A stretch of DNA of 64,000 nt from Macrostomum lignano. Lineage: Eukaryota. A program made the position numbers and the translations under genes. The stretch lies in the NCBI GenBank assembly GCA_002269645.1, contig NIVC01003919.1, forward strand, positions 5,668 through 69,667, in the 5' to 3' direction. Below, piece by piece: positions 59,011 to 64,000 of this stretch (its first letter is position 1; each line of letters opens with the position of its first letter). The notes beneath the pieces are model-generated. The model did not search any database and was not told the origin of the DNA. It saw only the letters and a program-made list of their open reading frames with translations.

Positions 59011-61577
59011 AAGTGAATAAATCAACACCATCATTATTTCTACAAAATTTACCCATCTAGACTAAAATAGTTGGATTCATAGATTTTCAGTTTGTTTAAC
59101 CAACTAGAAAAAATCAAGTGACAAAATCTTCTTCTTAGCTCTACCATGAACTGAAATAAATAACTTGCTGCCTTCAGAGCAGTGCCTTGTACTTGTAGGT
59201 CGTAGAAATCCATCTGACCATCTATTCTAATTTCTAGCTTAGCTATAAGTATAAATCATGTTAGATGTTATAGAATATAGTAGAAAAGGTCGAATAATGT
59301 GCAGACTTTTAAAAATTAGGCTTTTACGTAGGAAATTAATGGCAATGGAAATTCATACATTTTAGAATGTTTAGCATCGTACACACACTCTCCTTTGTCA
59401 TGCTCAATAAGACGAAGAACTTGAAATTTCTAAGAAGCATAAACAGGCTGGAATTTAAATCGCACCCTGATGCGCTGTTGCGTGTGCTTTATAGCCTTAG
59501 CTCATAAGTAGAGTTTGAAAAATGTGAAATTTTGTGTTGATTAATTTTTTAGGCAAACGTTTCATCATAATAAATGATATTGCTGAAGTGTTGATCAGAA
59601 TGTTTTTGTTAAACATAGTAAAAATGCAACTTCCCTGATGTTTAGTCGCGGTTCTTACTTTTGTAACTAGTTTTAGTTGAATTTGGAGTTGAAGCATAAA
59701 TTTACGGTTTAATGTTAAAATTTATTAGTTTGCTGGGACTACTCAATACTCGGGACGGGAAACGACAAAACTTAAAGGCCGATCTATGAATAACTTAGTC
59801 CTCGAAAAGCATTCTTGGATAACTTATGCTCTCAGCTTGAATAACTTAGTCCCGAGAATTGCGTAGTCCCTGTTAGTATGCTTATTGATGGTTTCCATAT
59901 CCGTTTTTTACAATTTACTGATACATGCACAGTATGGAAGGCATTTCAAATTCAAATCTTAGCCTTTCCGACCTGATCAGACAGGTCATTTTTTTTAAAA
60001 TAGAGATTTTTCTTACGAAAATAAGAACCACAGCACATTGGCTAACAAACTAGATTTTACACAGAACTAAAAGAGAATTTAAACAGTAAAAAATTATGTG
60101 ATTGTAAAGCATCCATCTCAAGAACAACTAGAAGCGCGGTTGTAACGCCCTGCGGCGTGGTCAGAAGACGCTGATGGATGCTAGGTTGTGCAGAAGGCAA
60201 ACTGGTGAAAGGTAGTCCTTCAGTCGTGTCGCTGAGCGTTCAGCTGTGGGTGTGGCCAACTATACCGAGGAGCCGACTATTGTCAAGTCCGAGTGCTGCA
60301 CTGCTGCGCGGTTCCTCGGTTGCTGGGACTCTGGTGCTACGTGGATTGGAAGATGAATGCGCAGAAGCTGTTTTGCTGGCTTTTTGCTTCATTTACAATT
60401 GGAGCCTGTCGCTTCCCTGCTGGCGGTGATGAGGTGGAGAGAGGAGCTGAGAGGCTACCGCCATGCTACATCATCAATAAAGGGCGTATCGAGGCGTGAT
60501 GAACTGCAATATGCCTGCGACGGAACATGAGCCTTCGAGCGTTTCACGCCCCGGGTGAATTTCAGATTTTTGCCAATGCCGCCCCACGTTGCATGAGCGC
60601 GGTCAGCTGCTTAATTTTTTACTTCTCTGCTATGGTTGCTGTAATGACTCAGACTAGCTTTTAGTTTTGGCGAGAGAAAACGATGCACTTAACTGAGCCG
60701 ACAGCTCAATTCAATATATTTATAGGCACGAGAGTATTGCGTAATAAGAATATTAATGCTATGAAATCATCGACCAAGCCAGCCGTACATTATTCAAGGA
60801 CTTCTAGAAGTCCTTGACATTATTACCGCGCAGAGCGTACACTACAGTTGCGTTTGGCCAAATGTTTTAAATTCTCAGCATCGACACGGTCTTGGCTCGC
60901 CCACCGCCTCCTTAATTTTCAGGCCGCCGCGTCGCTACTGAGTGGCGCCTACCCGGCCGAGATCAAGGCAGGCAATCGGCAGGCAAGCCCGAGAGTGGTG
61001 CGAGTTCTGTGGCATTGACTAGATGCGATCCACAATCCTGCAATGTCACATGCTTGATCAACGTACTACCTCACCAACCTGGTCGGCACGCGTCTCAACT
61101 CCTACAGCAGCGTCTCGGCCGTCGCCAGTGCGCTGTCGCTTTTAACTCAAGCTCCAGACCTGAAGCGGCCGGTGTCACATGTCATGCTGGTCGAGATTTG
61201 GTGCTGGTTGCGCTCGTCTGGAAGGAAGCTGGACCGCTTCCTGCAAGACAAGTTCTCATCGGTCAGTTTCCGCAGCTCAGCGTTCTCAGTCCGCAGCCTA
61301 CACCGCGGGGTGCGCCCTGGGCTTCAGTGCAAGTCTTGCCCGTCCCCGACATCAAGAGCATCGCGGTACCTGCCTCAGTTTCACCGGGTGGTAGAGGCGG
61401 ATGTCCACTTCGCCGCTGGAGTTTCAGCTCCAATTTTAGTGCGAAAGACTTTCGTTTTTCTTTTTGGTTTTTCTTTCCCCCTTCCTCAGTTTTTTCTTTT
61501 CTTTGCTTTGGTTTGGAGGCTTTTGCGTGCTTCTTAGCCATGTTCGGTGTTTTCTGGACTGGTTCACTAAGGACTTT

Positions 61578-61578
<1 letters not shown>

Positions 61579-61611
<33 letters not shown>
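61579..61611. repeat. (GT)n microsatellite
   Basis: direct read. Confidence 0.95.
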
Positions 61612-61612
<1 letters not shown>

Positions 61613-64000
61613 ACCTGTGCAAATTAACCGGCTTTACTGATCAGTCCAGATGCGTTATATCTATCCCCCGCCCTCCTGCCCCTCTGCCTCGTGCGCATGC
61701 TTGTACTCATGCTCTTCGGAGGAGGGAGGTTGGTGCTGGTTTGAGGTGGTGGGCCTCCATCTAGTTTTAAAGGTCTGCATGCATTGTGCCCCTGCGGTTT
61801 ATTGAATTTTTATTTTTTTACTTTTTATTGTGTGCTATATTTCCGCTTGCATGCTTGACAAAATTTTATTGCTTAATTAATTTTCTTTTAACTTCCGTTC
61901 CTCCCGAATTGCACAAATAAACGGCGCTTTGTATTGTTTGGATCACGAACTACTTTTGCGGGCCTTCGCTGACTTTGAAAGCTGAATTCGCTGACTAGAA
62001 AAGCTAATTCTTCGAAATCTCTCAATCCTATTATAGCCAGATGGTCAATCTGCATTTTCTGTGCTTTATTAGTTGAGAACTCTTAAGAAAGTCGAATTGT
62101 TCTGACAGCCTCGGAACGTGGTTAATGCGAGCCTGCATGATCGATCGTCCGATATTCGATTAAGATACTTTTCGTGGCTTCGACCTAATAGTCCTCTTTC
62201 AGAAGCCAGCTTTTTTGTGACTGCGCAGTCATTTAGTTCAATCTGGCAGCAGTTCGATATTAGAGTCTGATCCAAACGCTGATATGCAGTGTTTTGAGAT
62301 GAAAATTTACAGTCGAATTTAATCTTCATATTTTTCGTGCAATTACGAGCTCGAGCGTTTTAATTCACGTAAGTTTATTTTGTCCGTTCACTTGCATTTT
62401 TGGGTAATTGCGAGCTGGAAATATAGTTTACCATGTCGTTAAAATCTCGTATTTTTAATGAGCGGATTAACAATTTAGTGAAGAAGTTTCCATAGTTATT
62501 TTCCATAGGCGACATCGCCAGGGGTGCCTTCCTAGGGTCGTCATTCCCAGGAGCGCCATACCAAGAGGCTTTCCCACGGGCACTGAAGCTGCTGCAATTA
62601 ATTAGGTGGTGCCACATGTTTATGCTATAGTCCTACCTAGCAGACACAACATTTTAGAAGTGAATTCAGGAAAATAAATGATGACGGGACAGTGTTCTCA
62701 TTCCTAAAAAATTCTTATAATGCTAGAATATAAAATTTAGGATTTTTAGCTACAGCTAATGGATGAACGCCTATTAGAGATTCAAGTTTAATCTACAAAC
62801 TCTACGAAAACACAACCTGCAGAGACGTACGTTCTTTGAAGCAAGACTTTCAGTCCGATATTTTTCCCAGAAACGTGCTCTCACCTGCGCAGTTAGGTAG
62901 AGCTCATCGTGCTTTTCTATCTTTCAATTTAGTAATCACTGGTGTATGAAATGCTTTTTAATTAAATAGCGTCGACTCGTGTTTGACTGACATTCAAAGG
63001 GGGAGCGAGCCATCAGCGAAGTTATCCGCTAATTCATCAGAGAGTGGGGAAAAAATTGCATTTGAAGCTGGGAGTCTACGCGCGTGCATGCGTAAATAAA
63101 TAAATTTTCGCTGGAGCATTGTGGGCTACCCTGGCGCATCCTTCCCGCAACCAGCACTGCGGAGGCAACTCCAGCGTACCATTCCACTGATTCATGAGCA
63201 TACAAGCGCCAATACTGTAGGCAGGCACACGTTCTTAGACGCAAAGGTCATCGTCACGTCAGCGCGATCGGATTATTTAGGCAGGTTTTTTTAATGCATT
63301 CAAGTGCTATTTAAACAGACAGACAACACGAGCGCCATCTGCCATAAATTTCCATCAGATGCAGCAGTATGTCATCAATAGTTAATAATCAACAGATAAG
63401 TACTCCTTTGCTGTAGCTGTAATGCTACCCGAGCCCAGTATGTATAGGGGAGCTCACTGGGTGCTTTTATTCACAGCAATCTACATATAATCTTCTCTAT
63501 ATATCATTATACAGGCTAAATTGCATGCACTATTTAAGATCAATTCTGGTGAAAAGGAATTCCTGCAATTGCTATTTGGCTAACAACTTGCCTATCGGGT
63601 GAGACATTCTGTCAGTTTAGTGGATATAAATCAGATGTCAACTTGAATGACTAAGAATCTATTAAACTAGGTCATTCGACGCGAACTTTGGTACGAGTAC
63701 AGCCATGCAGCTGCAGAGCGAGCATTTGCACTTTTATAATACAGAATTTTCGAATGCATTTTCATCATCTATTCAAAAATAAATATAATGTACCGGATCG
63801 GAGATACTCAATAGCCTTGGGAGTGTAAATTACGCAGAAACAAAGAAAATTTTCTAATAAAGTGCATTGCTTGTAAACTGATGCGATTGAGATGGACAAT
63901 GGGGCGAGAAGTGTAATCTGACTAGCGTGACCTTAATTGATGCACCGGTTAATACGAGCGTACAATAGATAAATAATCACATATTACTCATCTGGTTAAT

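Noticed and set aside
60490-60552. ggcgtgatgaa...ttcacgcc as a SECIS element or ribozyme
   Set aside because: The outer helix pairs but no helix II or apical AA geometry forms, and no in-frame TGA selenoprotein is evident

Overview
Repeat-rich metazoan genomic DNA with spliceosomal introns. GC-rich exons, minisatellite-filled introns and ATG-less first exons suggest a free-living flatworm such as Macrostomum; this is an inference, not a database match. (1) 1.6-24.4 kb, + strand: a fragmented F-type-lectin/kringle/F5-8C (discoidin) gene. It is interrupted by an ~7.8 kb array of ~640-bp exon+intron units, a young P-element (32-bp TIRs, 8-bp TSD) nested in a tRNA-SINE, a Penelope fragment and a Gypsy LTR element. 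(2) 32.6-42.0 kb, + strand: two tandem paralogs encoding signal peptide + F-type-lectin-like domain + Ig domains (different numbers) + TM + cytoplasmic tail with a YxxV motif. (3) 43.7-55.0 kb, - strand: DNPH1 followed by TBCD. Both begin at a phase-0 splice acceptor with no ATG, as expected for an SL-trans-spliced operon in which the flatworm leader supplies the AUG. (4) Two mariner-type MITEs, SINEs, a Helitron-like element and many minisatellites. Several single-base frameshifts lie in short homopolymers and may be assembly errors. All alignments and exon joins were made by eye.
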